In this document: positions 11,570 to 21,215 of the stretch, one piece after another
Layout of the letters: every line of letters starts with the position of its first letter
Numbering within the stretch: position 1 is the first letter of the stretch
Source of the DNA: Obrimoposthia wandeli
Taxonomy: Eukaryota
NCBI GenBank assembly: GCA_977020255.1
Contig: CDROCS010004705.1
Coordinates: 62,001 to 126,000 of the forward strand
Direction: 5' to 3'
Length of the DNA: 64,000 bases
Notes under the pieces: model-generated
The model's input: only the letters and a program-made list of their open reading frames with translations
The model's database searches: none
What the model was told of the DNA's origin: nothing
Position numbers and translations under genes: made by a program

Positions 11570-12346
11570 CTAGTTTGATGAGCTTTTAAGTTTTTTGTGC
11601 TCTTGCTCACACAACCCATGCTTCCAGTAGCTGCTGGCATAAACTTGGCGCTTGGCAATATTTAGTGTGTGATAGAAGTATTCTCGAAGCTCGTGCAGCG
11701 CATCAAACTCACAGGCTAGCCAAACTGAAACCGTCCCTGTTAGAGGACGAAACTGCTTTACTTGATTTATCAGTTCATGCTTATCGTGCGGACTATTGTT
11801 GATAACCCAATGCAGAGTGAAATCTTTAGGTACCACTAAGGCTTGAATATCGCTTTCACCCATTACTTGAATAACGGCATAACCTTTAGCCGTGCTAGGC
11901 AGCAGAGACAAGTTCACACTGATGGCAGGTAGGGCGCTCATATCACCGACAATGAAAAACCAATCAGCAGTTAAATCAACTATTTTTTTCTTGCCAGGGT
12001 TTGATATGTACATCGTGTCATTTAACTGGCAATTAGCCGCCCATGTGGTGGCAGGACCTGATTCGTGTAATACAAAGTCGATATCGATTTGATTGGGGTT
12101 ATACCTTTGATTTCTAATAGTATAAGTGCGCAGTAAAGGGCGTGAAGATGCATCCTCACTGAGTAACTGCTCCAGTAAATCGCCGTTGAGAATATCAGCT
12201 TTGGCAAAGTGTAATTTAATATAGCCACTTTGTTGCTCTTGTGGGTAATCAGTTAGTGCATCACCAGCTAAAGTGATGCGTATCAAATGAGTAGTGATAA
12301 GCTGTTTGTTCACTACAGTTAATTTTTTTGGTAATGGGCGCGACAT
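11570..12346 (-). CDS. Siderophore-interacting protein (ViuB/YqjH family, FAD-binding)
   Basis: RTYTIR, DIDFVLHE.GPATTWA, GDMSALPAI, WLACEF and SSYWK motifs. Confidence 0.9.
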   Translation of the reverse strand: MSRPLPKKLTVVNKQLITTHLIRITLAGDALTDYPQEQQSGYIKLHFAKADILNGDLLEQLLSEDASSRPLLRTYTIRNQRYNPNQIDIDFVLHESGPATTWAANCQLNDTMYISNPGKKKIVDLTADWFFIVGDMSALPAISVNLSLLPSTAKGYAVIQVMGESDIQALVVPKDFTLHWVINNSPHDKHELINQVKQFRPLTGTVSVWLACEFDALHELREYFYHTLNIAKRQVYASSYWKHGLCEQEHKKLKSSSN

Positions 12347-12365
12347 AGTATCTCTTAATCTACAT

Positions 12366-12384
12366 GTTAATAGGAATCATTATC
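12366..12384. promoter_or_regulatory. Putative Fur box
   Basis: GTTAATAGGAATCATTATC matches GATAATGATAATCATTATC at 15/19 positions, 20 bp upstream of the siderophore-interacting protein start. Confidence 0.75.
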
Positions 12385-12470
12385 ATATAAGAAGTAATGC
12401 CATTACGCAAGTAAGCTATTTTTTGGAAGGAGTGTTTAGAAAGTGTTTTTTAAGAAGTGTAGTTAAGCGC

Positions 12471-12499
12471 AAAAAAGCCCATGCTAGATGGGCTTTTTT
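12471..12499. terminator. Intrinsic terminator after the small membrane-protein gene
   Basis: AAAAAAGCCCAT-GCTAG-ATGGGCTTTTTT hairpin with A/T tracts on both sides. Confidence 0.8.
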
Positions 12500-12539
12500 G
12501 TCTGGTCAGTTTAAGGAAAATTGAAAGCTGTTTAAAATT

Positions 12540-12737
12540 TTACAGCGTTCTATAAACTCCTTGAAAAGTATTATTCTGTGTTTTACGGCTAGTGAATGTC
12601 CGGTATATCGCTGCGACTATAAAAGTTACGAATACTGCGCCAAGGATGGCTAAGCCAATAGTCGCTAAGCTCATTAGTGTGAAAACACTCACGATAATCA
12701 CAAGGGCGATGGCTAAGTATGATTTAAATTTTTGCAT
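12540..12737 (-). CDS. Small (65 aa) two-TM membrane protein, hypothetical
   Basis: TAGGAG RBS upstream, hydrophobic hairpin, basic C-tail, followed by a terminator. Confidence 0.7.
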   Translation of the reverse strand: MQKFKSYLAIALVIIVSVFTLMSLATIGLAILGAVFVTFIVAAIYRTFTSRKTQNNTFQGVYRTL

Positions 12738-12909
12738 TTTCTAACTCCTATTAGTGATGGGTATGTCCTCATCGATGGAGCTATTATCTATGCCTCAGCT
12801 TTAGTGTGTGCTCAAGCCAGTAAGCTTTACATTTTGTAAACTTGGGCGGCTAAAAGTGCAGGTCATGTTAAAAACCTGCAGAGTGCTTCTGCAAGCAAAA
12901 CATCTTAAG

Positions 12910-14283
12910 CTAACGTTTAGTGGTAACGCTTGGAAAAGTGATATTAACACTTAAGCCTACAGCTGAACGGGGCTGATTTGCAGAAGCTATATGTGTGTCT
13001 GTCAGTGTTAGTGTGGCGCGGTGTAGCTTAGCGATGGTATCAACCATCGATAAACCTAAGCCATTGCCTTTGGTATGGCGCGATTTATCTAATCTATACA
13101 TAGGCTCAAGCACTTTGGCGCGTAGCTCTTTTTTAATCCCCGGGCCATCATCACTCACAATGACTTCTAGCCCTTGGCAGTTAAGGGAAATAGTAGAGTT
13201 AGTAGGTGTATGGCGTAAAGCGTTTTCAAGTAAGTTGGCAATCAGTTGAATAATCAGCTCTCTATCACCCTTAATAATGTTGTTTGACTCTACATTAAAG
13301 CTGAATTGATGCCCGCTATCTTCAATTACCGCGCGATATATTTCAGCGGTTTCAAGCACTATTTCTTTAAGAGAGAGTACGCTAAAGCGTTCTCTATACT
13401 GGCCAGAACTAAGATGTGCCATCCGTAATATGGCTTCAAATGTGGCAATCATTTGATCGGTTTGATCTAGAGCAGCATCAAGCGTGTGCTCAATGGTATG
13501 TTGTGTATCTTGCACTAATGCGCTTTCTAATTTTGCGCGCAAGCGTGCCATTGGGGTTTTTAAATCATGTGCAATGTTGGCTGATAAATCTCTTGTTTGC
13601 TTGAGCAATGCTTCTAATCTATTGGCTGTCGCATCAATGTGCAGTGCAACTTGGTCTAAGTCATCCTTATTTTTATGAGGGTCAATACGGGTGCTTAAAT
13701 CTCCCTCAGCAAGTTTATCAAGTGCTTGGCTAATGGCATTAAAACGCCGCTGGTTTTTACTGCCAATATACAAACCAATAAACAGCGTCGTGAACGTGGT
13801 AATTACGCCGACTAACAAAAATAGCTCAATGACTTTTTCTAACGTTTCAAAGCGCTCTTGCGTGTTTATAGCGACAGATAAACGACCTTGAGTAATGACT
13901 TTAGTGTAAACACGCCATTCATCTTTGTCATCGTGCACTTTAAGCTTAATATTTTCAAAGCCTGAACTTGTAATAGATGAGAGTACTTTGGCACCTAGCG
14001 CTGTTTGATTATTTAAGGTGATGCTAGCCAAAAATAAAGGGCTAGTTAATAGCTGAGGGTTATCGAGATTAGTTGTGGGTATTTGCAGTGCAAGGTTGGT
14101 GTGTTTTGTCATTAATTCTTGATCAATACCATTAGATAACTCTTTGTAAAAAAGCCAAGTGATACTGGCGGCAGAGAGTAATAAAATCACTAAAAAAACA
14201 GCGGTCAGAATCCCTGCTTGGCGCATAGCAGTCATAGAGCGTAGATTTAAAATACTGTGATAGGCTTTGCTACACTGACTCAT
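12910..14283 (-). CDS. HAMP-containing sensor histidine kinase (CusS/CzcS-like)
   Basis: H-box IAHDLKTPMARL, N-box NLLENALRH, DDGPGI, G2 GNGLGLS. Start likely ATG 14283, overlapping the regulator stop. Confidence 0.9.
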   Translation of the reverse strand: MSQCSKAYHSILNLRSMTAMRQAGILTAVFLVILLLSAASITWLFYKELSNGIDQELMTKHTNLALQIPTTNLDNPQLLTSPLFLASITLNNQTALGAKVLSSITSSGFENIKLKVHDDKDEWRVYTKVITQGRLSVAINTQERFETLEKVIELFLLVGVITTFTTLFIGLYIGSKNQRRFNAISQALDKLAEGDLSTRIDPHKNKDDLDQVALHIDATANRLEALLKQTRDLSANIAHDLKTPMARLRAKLESALVQDTQHTIEHTLDAALDQTDQMIATFEAILRMAHLSSGQYRERFSVLSLKEIVLETAEIYRAVIEDSGHQFSFNVESNNIIKGDRELIIQLIANLLENALRHTPTNSTISLNCQGLEVIVSDDGPGIKKELRAKVLEPMYRLDKSRHTKGNGLGLSMVDTIAKLHRATLTLTDTHIASANQPRSAVGLSVNITFPSVTTKR

Positions 14284-14953
14284 CAAGAACATAGCCTGCA
14301 CCTCTCACCGTTTTGATCAGCTTGCTGTGAAAGCCTTTTTCTATTTTTGTGCGCAAACGGCTAATATGTGTTTCAACCACGCTGGTGGTAGGATCAAAGC
14401 GTAAGTCCCATATTTTTTCTAATAGCATTGCCTTGGTTTGCATGCGCCCAGGATTTTTTAAAAATATTTCTAACAATAAAAATTCTTTAGTATTGAGCTC
14501 AATTTTGACACCGCCTCTTTTGCATTGGCGACTAAGCAGATCTAATTGTAAATCTGAAAACGTTAATACTTGCGTTTCTTGGCACACATCAGCACTTGCG
14601 CGACGACCTAAGGCGTTTACTCTCGCCAATAACTCCGTCATCGCGAAAGGCTTAGCTAAGTAATCATCACCCCCTGCATTTAAGCCAGCTACGCGATCAT
14701 CTACCTCTGACAGCGAAGAGACAAAAAGCACAGGTACTTTGTTTTTAGCAGCACGCATTGCTTTAAGTACTGACAAACCATCAAGTCCGGGTGTCATTCG
14801 ATCAAGTAGAACTACATCGTAATTTTCAGTGGTAACCATCGCCAACGCATGGCGACCATCAATTTGTAAATCGACCACATGGTTAGCATTTTCTAAACCG
14901 GTTTGAATCCACGGCCCCAGTTCTTTGTCGTCTTCAAGTACTAAAATGCGCAT
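14270..14953 (-). CDS. OmpR-family response regulator (CusR/CopR-like)
   Basis: MRILVLEDD, LLDRMTPGLDG, GGDDYLAKPF and VETHISRLR.KI..TVRGAGY wHTH. Confidence 0.93.
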   Translation of the reverse strand: MRILVLEDDKELGPWIQTGLENANHVVDLQIDGRHALAMVTTENYDVVLLDRMTPGLDGLSVLKAMRAAKNKVPVLFVSSLSEVDDRVAGLNAGGDDYLAKPFAMTELLARVNALGRRASADVCQETQVLTFSDLQLDLLSRQCKRGGVKIELNTKEFLLLEIFLKNPGRMQTKAMLLEKIWDLRFDPTTSVVETHISRLRTKIEKGFHSKLIKTVRGAGYVLDESV

Positions 14954-14956
14954 GGG

Positions 14957-16423
14957 TTATTTCCTGTGTGCGAAGCTTAATAAGGTATTGAAATTATATT
15001 TTTGTTGCTGATCTTTTGGTAAATCATAAACGCGCTTTAATGATGCTAACCCTATCGTTATCATCGCTGCTACTTTCTTCATCATCACGTTAGATTTGAA
15101 ACGTGAAAAGTAGGCTAAGTGAGCTTTAGTGAATAGGCGTTGTATGAGTAGAAAATAAGTATAATTTATTACTTTAGAAAAGAACATAAGCAACTGCTGT
15201 GTGGAGAAAGCTGCTCTGTAATCAAAAGCTTCTGTATAAATGCGGCCTTTCGCATTGCTTTGCTGCCATATTTGTCGAGCAGCTTGTTTTAGCGTATCAG
15301 GCCCACAAAGGTACAAATCCGCCTGTCTCCAATGCGTGTGCAATGCATTAAAATGTTGCATGCTTAAACGCTCATTTGGCTCTATTACATGCAAGGTAAA
15401 CGAAGCTAGTTTTTGTTGATAGAGGGTCAGCTCATGTAGTATTTCTGGGCTGATTGATTTTTTAACCACTACCAACTCAATAGGGCTAGCAGCATCTGAT
15501 TGCATGTTATCAAGAGCGGCTAAAAATGGGCTAATGCCAGAGCCTGCGGCTATCCAAATTTGCCTGTTACGTGATTCTTTAAATTGCGGTGTAAAATGGC
15601 CTGCAACACTGTGAATGTTGACAGTGTCGTGCAGCTTTAATGTGCGCTGTAATTGATGTGTGTAATCTCCGTTATTCTTAATAATAAAGCGCAACTGATT
15701 ATCTTGTGTATTACTTGCGATGCTAAAAGGGTGTTGCTCTTGCAAGTTGCTTTTATCGATTGAAATATTGGCATACTGACCTGCAGTAGCAGAGATGGCT
15801 TGTGAAACAGCGACACGAATATCTAGTGTGTCATTATGTTGATGAATAGCAATGACCTTACCGCTAACAGGTTGTTTGAAATGAGCGTTAAGTGTTTTTA
15901 ACCAAGCGATACAGGCGAGCAAAGAAATCGTCAGCATGATCCACCAGGTCATGCTATTGAAAGCGATGGGGCTGTTGGAGAAAAAGCTGTGGAAGACACT
16001 GATTAAGAAGAACGGTCCCATCAGTAAATGGCTTTTTTTCCACAAATGATAAGGAATGATTTTTAGCGCTGAAATAATGATTAATAACAAAATGGCAGAA
16101 GCCGCTAGCTCGCCGCTTTCATTGGCTACATTGCTAATAGCCGGAAATATAGCCGTGAGTGCATCATCAGCACTGACCCAATGTATCAGCATGGCACTCA
16201 CACTGAGGTAGCCGAAGTAGCGGTGCAGCACATAACATTGGTCGGGGCCGCCCAGTAATTTTTCAAGCAGGTAAAAATGTGCAGATAAAATAAGGCATAC
16301 CGCCATCGCGTTTAAAGCAATGATGGCACCTAATGCAGGCACTATGGCGCTGATAGGTAAATGGGTAACCAGCAGTACATTGAGTACTACAAAAATGCTG
16401 GTGAATAAGAAAGTTAGTTTCAT
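14957..16423 (-). CDS. Ferric reductase-like transmembrane protein fused to FAD/NAD(P)H-binding domain (bacterial NOX-like)
   Basis: His pairs HRYFGYLSVSAMLIH and HLLMGPFFLISVFH, HPFS FAD motif, AGSGISP, LCGP, EAF. Start set at ATG 16423 behind a GAGGA RBS. Confidence 0.85.
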   Translation of the reverse strand: MKLTFLFTSIFVVLNVLLVTHLPISAIVPALGAIIALNAMAVCLILSAHFYLLEKLLGGPDQCYVLHRYFGYLSVSAMLIHWVSADDALTAIFPAISNVANESGELAASAILLLIIISALKIIPYHLWKKSHLLMGPFFLISVFHSFFSNSPIAFNSMTWWIMLTISLLACIAWLKTLNAHFKQPVSGKVIAIHQHNDTLDIRVAVSQAISATAGQYANISIDKSNLQEQHPFSIASNTQDNQLRFIIKNNGDYTHQLQRTLKLHDTVNIHSVAGHFTPQFKESRNRQIWIAAGSGISPFLAALDNMQSDAASPIELVVVKKSISPEILHELTLYQQKLASFTLHVIEPNERLSMQHFNALHTHWRQADLYLCGPDTLKQAARQIWQQSNAKGRIYTEAFDYRAAFSTQQLLMFFSKVINYTYFLLIQRLFTKAHLAYFSRFKSNVMMKKVAAMITIGLASLKRVYDLPKDQQQKYNFNTLLSFAHRK

Positions 16424-16553
16424 GGCGTGATCCTCACAGTGAGGACATAGCATAAAAGATATACTTAAAATGCAGCTGACGGGCACTTTACAAATATGTA
16501 AACTAGCGGTTTATTTAATTACTTATTAACACTCTAAGGCAAGAAACGAAGGG

Positions 16554-17045
16554 ATGTATATGTCATTTGAAATTACAATTGCTAATCAACACTTTGTGCA
16601 GTGGCCAAAGCTGCTTGAGTTATTACATGGTGCATTTTCCTTTCAAGATAATCGTATTAACCCACCGTCATCTTTGCATAAATTAACGCCTCAAACTATT
16701 GCTGTAAAAGCACAACAAGAAACGCTGTTTATAGCGATGAAAGGTGAAGAACTCATTGGCTGCTTATTTGCAAGAGCACAAGATGATGGCTCTTTATATG
16801 TAGGCAAGCATGCGGTATGGCCCCATTATCAAGGGCAGGGAATAGGCAGTGCGCTGATGCAACAAGCTGAGCAATACGCACAGCAAAAAGGTGTTGAATA
16901 CTTAGAGTTACAAGTACGCATTGAATTGCTTGAAAATCAAGCGACCTTTGCAGCGCTAGGCTTTGAAGAAACCCAGCGCACAATACATGCAGGCTTTACA
17001 GAGCCTACATCCGTTACCATGCGAAAAAAGTTGAGCCGCTCTTGA
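16554..17045 (+). CDS. GNAT family N-acetyltransferase
   Basis: AVWPHYQGQGIGSALM acetyl-CoA loop; LQVRIELLENQATFAALGF. Confidence 0.88.
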   Translation: MYMSFEITIANQHFVQWPKLLELLHGAFSFQDNRINPPSSLHKLTPQTIAVKAQQETLFIAMKGEELIGCLFARAQDDGSLYVGKHAVWPHYQGQGIGSALMQQAEQYAQQKGVEYLELQVRIELLENQATFAALGFEETQRTIHAGFTEPTSVTMRKKLSRS

Positions 17046-17074
17046 TAAACGGTGTGTTTATATAATTACGCGCT

Positions 17075-18211
17075 TTAATTTATGCGTTTTTTTACCATGC
17101 GCCACACTGATTTGAACGGAAATAACTGCTGCTTATACATACCATTAGGCACGTAATCACCGACCACGCCATAAGCATCAGGCCATTCTTTTTGCCCTTT
17201 AACAGCGGTGCCTAATAGATAATCTAAGAACGAAAAATGCGCCGCATAGTTTTTATCAATAGCGGCATCATCAGATGAATGGTGCCAATGATGAAATTGC
17301 GGCGTTACGATAATATATTTTAGCCAGCCAAACTTTAACTGTACATTAGCGTGATTAAACACGGCTTGTAGACCAACCACAATCACGTAAATATCGATCA
17401 CTTGCTTGGAAAACCCTAACAAAAATATCGGCGTCAATACTAAAGAGCGGGTCACGATAAGTTCTAAAATATGCTGCCTTGAGCCCGCCAACCAGTCCAT
17501 GTGCTTGGCGCTATGGTGCACGCTATGAAAACGCCAAAACACCGGTACTTCATGATACAAACGATGAGTAGTGTATTGTGCAATATCGGCAATTAATATA
17601 ATGCCAAATACTTGTGCAAAGAAAGGCAGTTGGTTAATGAAGTGCTGCACGTTATCAAACACAGCCCAAGAGAATGTTTTATGAATGAATAAGTTAGTGA
17701 TTAATAAGATAATACCAACGAGCAAGTGGTTAACAAAGAAGTGATTGAGATCACCTTGCCATTGTGGTCTGAGCACCGCTTGATCTTTTTTATGAGGTAT
17801 TAATTTTTCGATAAAGATGAAAACCAGCGTAGAGCCGAGCAAATCTAAAATAAACCAGTCCATGCCTAGGTAGTAAGTGCTGTTTTCATACTTCGATACT
17901 TCTACTTCATGACCGCCAAAAGCAATAGATAAAATAACAAAAAACCAGGCAAAAAAACCGAGCCGTTTGTTTTTATTACGCACAAAATTAAGCAGCCCTA
18001 AACTACCTGCCAATATTAAGCAGATAAATAATAGCTGACGTAAAAAATCAACATTATAGTTAGCGCGCAGCTCTGGTGTTGTAAGGTACTGCGGGAAATG
18101 AAAAGATAGAACACCTAAGAAACTTAATACACCGAGCATACAAGCAATATAGCCACTAATCGACCCTTCCCCAAAGTGGAAACTGTCGGCCCTGAAGATC
18201 TTTTTCAACAT
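17075..18211 (-). CDS. Sterol desaturase / fatty acid hydroxylase family protein
   Basis: His boxes HRLYH, HSVHHS, FNHAN and HHWHHS; multiple TM segments. Confidence 0.88.
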   Translation of the reverse strand: MLKKIFRADSFHFGEGSISGYIACMLGVLSFLGVLSFHFPQYLTTPELRANYNVDFLRQLLFICLILAGSLGLLNFVRNKNKRLGFFAWFFVILSIAFGGHEVEVSKYENSTYYLGMDWFILDLLGSTLVFIFIEKLIPHKKDQAVLRPQWQGDLNHFFVNHLLVGIILLITNLFIHKTFSWAVFDNVQHFINQLPFFAQVFGIILIADIAQYTTHRLYHEVPVFWRFHSVHHSAKHMDWLAGSRQHILELIVTRSLVLTPIFLLGFSKQVIDIYVIVVGLQAVFNHANVQLKFGWLKYIIVTPQFHHWHHSSDDAAIDKNYAAHFSFLDYLLGTAVKGQKEWPDAYGVVGDYVPNGMYKQQLFPFKSVWRMVKKRIN

Positions 18212-18302
18212 AGTTGATCCTGTAGATTTTTATAAAAAAAGTATTATAAAAGTAGTGTACTGTATATTTTTCGCAATGTTGATATTTAGGTTGAAAATTT
18301 GA

Positions 18303-18331
18303 GGGTTATATCAGGCATCTTGATATAACCC
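18303..18331. promoter_or_regulatory. Perfect 11-bp inverted repeat (operator or tatD terminator)
   Basis: GGGTTATATCA-N7-TGATATAACCC between the tatD-like end and the desaturase start. Confidence 0.4.
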
Positions 18332-18430
18332 ATAGTATTTAAAAGATACTTGATTGGTATTTTTTAAACGAAAGGCTAGCTTCTTATAATAGGGTAGTGA
18401 AGAGGGTATGAGCTATTAACGTTATTCAGA

Positions 18431-19207
18431 TTATCTAAAAAACAAGCGCATTGAGTTTTCATAGCATTGCTCTAGCACTTGCTCGTAGCTACAGTGTTTT
18501 ATTTCAGCAATTTTCTGGGCGATATACACTAAATTTACCGGCTCGTTTTCGCGCCCACGATGTGGTGCTGGAGATAAATGAGGTGAATCAGTTTCTAGTT
18601 GTATTCTGTTCAGGGGTGTTAATGCCACTGCTTCTCTCACTGCAGTCGCTGCTGGAAAGGTCACCATGCCGTTAAATCCTAAATCAAAGCCTGCCTCTAA
18701 GCACCATTTTGCTAATACTTTACCTGATGAGAAGCTGTGAATGACTCCTTTTCTTTTTAATAAAGGGGCATATTTTTTCAAGATAATTAAGGTGTCATCA
18801 TCTGCATCGCGGGTATGTACAACAATGGGTAAGTTTAAATCAGCGGCTAATTGTAATTGACGCTCAAACACCGGTTGTTGATCAGCAGCGGTGGATTTAC
18901 GCGTGTGATAATCCAAGCCTATTTCGCCAATGGCAACGACCTTCTTATGAGCGGAGTTTTTAAGGATTTGTTGCTCAATTTGCGCGTTGTAACTTTTGCT
19001 GTCATGAGGCTGAACACCTTGCGTGCAGTAAACACTAGGGTGTTTTTCGGTGAGCGCTAGCACAGTATCGAGGTTGCGAGGTGCCACTGAAATTGTGATG
19101 AATCGCTCTATACCCACGTCTTCTCCTTCGCTAATTGCTTGCTCAATACTGGTGCGGCGCAATGAGTCGAGATGACAATGGGATTCTATAATAGGAAGTT
19201 GCTGCAT
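18431..19207 (-). CDS. TatD family hydrolase/DNase
   Basis: ESHCH, AIGEIGLDY, VVHTRDA, IHSF and LETDSPHLSP.PHRG.ENEP. Confidence 0.92.
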   Translation of the reverse strand: MQQLPIIESHCHLDSLRRTSIEQAISEGEDVGIERFITISVAPRNLDTVLALTEKHPSVYCTQGVQPHDSKSYNAQIEQQILKNSAHKKVVAIGEIGLDYHTRKSTAADQQPVFERQLQLAADLNLPIVVHTRDADDDTLIILKKYAPLLKRKGVIHSFSSGKVLAKWCLEAGFDLGFNGMVTFPAATAVREAVALTPLNRIQLETDSPHLSPAPHRGRENEPVNLVYIAQKIAEIKHCSYEQVLEQCYENSMRLFFR

Positions 19208-19354
19208 AATAAATTCTCTAACGCTATTGTAAGCGGGGTTTTATTAAACCCTTGTGAGTGATGAATAATTGCGCAGTAATTTAACCTAAAAAGAGGCTGA
19301 TGATAATCCTTACTTATTTACAATAGTGTTTAGAAATTCTGGACAATAGCGTGG

Positions 19355-20254
19355 TTATTTGAAAATTTCACCACAAAATTTCTTTCGATTATTAAAGTTT
19401 TCTATCAACAGTTCTCTAAAGTTGGCGACTTTTAAAGGGGTTCTTCGCGGATATCTATGGGCCATATATACTTGCCTTTTGCCTACATGCTTAACCAGAG
19501 AAATCTGCTTGCTAGCATAGCTATCTAAAATAGATAAGTAAGGTAATAAAGAAGCGCCGGCGTGCTGTAGTGTTAAGCTTTTCACTTCATTAAAACTGTC
19601 ACATTGTACTTTTGGCATAACACTTACCTTGAGTTTATCCAAAGTATAGCGCAGTGGTGAGCCCTGCCAAGATTCCGATATGTGGTACCAGTTATTGAGC
19701 TCCATTATGTTGTCAGGAATTCCGCCGCAGCTTTCAATATAAGTGGGAGAGGCAAATATACCTTCGCTATAATCACCTAATTTTGAAATAACTAAGGTGT
19801 TTTGCACAGGTCTGTCGATTAACACTGAGCAATCTATCTGCTGCTCTATTTGATTAGGGGTGGCGTTGCCGGTAAGTAATTTGACGCTCATATTAGGAAA
19901 ACGTTTGGTATATTCAGCGATGGTGGGTAGCACGATACCATCGCACAATATTTGCGGCGCAGATATTGTCAAAGTCCCTATAGGGTTATCATTTAATCGA
20001 CACAAATCTAATCTGGCAGAATCATAACTGGCCTCAATATCTTTGCAGTAGCTATAAAGCATACTGCCTGCTTCTGTGGGTGAGATTGAACGCGTTGTTC
20101 TGTTTAGCAGTTTACAGTCAAATGCTTGCTCTAATTTGGCAATAGACTGGCTAAGCGCTGATTTTGTTTTATGTAGTTTTACAGCTGCTGAAGTGAAGCT
20201 TTTTTCGTCAACGACCGTTGAAAAATTAATCATGTCGGCTAGTTGTGGATTCAT
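19355..20254 (-). CDS. LysR family transcriptional regulator
   Basis: N-terminal HTH SFTSAA..L..TKSALSQSIAKLE...LLNRTTRSISPTEAG; GTLTISAP. Confidence 0.9.
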   Translation of the reverse strand: MNPQLADMINFSTVVDEKSFTSAAVKLHKTKSALSQSIAKLEQAFDCKLLNRTTRSISPTEAGSMLYSYCKDIEASYDSARLDLCRLNDNPIGTLTISAPQILCDGIVLPTIAEYTKRFPNMSVKLLTGNATPNQIEQQIDCSVLIDRPVQNTLVISKLGDYSEGIFASPTYIESCGGIPDNIMELNNWYHISESWQGSPLRYTLDKLKVSVMPKVQCDSFNEVKSLTLQHAGASLLPYLSILDSYASKQISLVKHVGKRQVYMAHRYPRRTPLKVANFRELLIENFNNRKKFCGEIFK

Positions 20255-20381
20255 GATATATCTCTTAGAAATAGATTACTGTTTAGAAATATTAAACACT
20301 ATATTGCAATAATACTATCTTATCATGCTGTTGCATTACTGTAATATAGTCATTTATTAGAAATGTATAATAGAGAAAATC

Positions 20382-21149
20382 ATGCAACTCATCCAAGCTA
20401 GTCAGGCAAGAAAAAAACTCACGCTCATTGCTTTCAATGTTTTGATGTTATTTATGTGCAGTAATCTGAGCGCTGCGCCATTAACAAAGAATTGCAATGA
20501 AAGGGCCACTCAAAACAGTGATAGCAGTCAGCAAATTAAAGTATTGATGTTAGGTAATAGTTTAATGGGAGGCATCTCTTCAAGGCTTACTACGCTACTT
20601 GAATGTGCAGGCTATGATGCCAAAATAGTGGCTTATAACCCAGGCGGCGCAAGTTTAGCGGTACACAATGCATCGCCTACAACAGCTAAGCTCATTGCTG
20701 AAAAGTTTGATATTGTTTTATTACAAGAATACAGCAGCGGTATTTTTGCAAATCACCAATATCCTTATCCAGTCATAGCACAGTTAAAAAAGAAAATAGC
20801 AGCCACGGGCAGCGCGATGGCATTTTATCAAACGTGGGGCTATCAGCCAGGCAATGCTGATCAACAAATAGCCGGTTATGATGCCGTAGGTTTGTTTTTT
20901 AAAGCACCTGTCTACGCTATAGGCCGCGCTTGGGAGGGACTAAAAGCTAACAAAGCCAAACCAAAAGCAATCAACCTGTTTTCTGATAACCACCACGCCA
21001 GTATTTATGGGCAAGCACTAACAAGCTACACTCTCTTTGCATATTTAACCCAGCAGTCACCCGTTAATTTACCCTTGTTAGGCTTAACTGCTGCGGAGGC
21101 TGAGTTATTGCAAAAAGCAGCTTGGGCAACGTATCAAAAATATCCATAA
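20382..21149 (+). CDS. Exported SGNH/GDSL-like hydrolase (DUF4886-like)
   Basis: Signal peptide, VLMLGNSL block I, DIVLLQEYS and DNHH block V. Confidence 0.65.
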   Translation: MQLIQASQARKKLTLIAFNVLMLFMCSNLSAAPLTKNCNERATQNSDSSQQIKVLMLGNSLMGGISSRLTTLLECAGYDAKIVAYNPGGASLAVHNASPTTAKLIAEKFDIVLLQEYSSGIFANHQYPYPVIAQLKKKIAATGSAMAFYQTWGYQPGNADQQIAGYDAVGLFFKAPVYAIGRAWEGLKANKAKPKAINLFSDNHHASIYGQALTSYTLFAYLTQQSPVNLPLLGLTAAEAELLQKAAWATYQKYP

Positions 21150-21188
21150 GCTGATTAATGGCGTAATTTATAGCCTGCTTTTAATAGA

Positions 21189-21215
21189 GATGAATTAGGC
21201 GGAGTCTAAATCATC
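21189..21215. repeat. 27-bp palindromic REP-like element, family A, copy 4
   Basis: GATGAATTAGGCGGAGTCTAAATCATC, followed by a second GC-rich hairpin GCCCACCCTTTAGGGCGTG. Confidence 0.85.
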
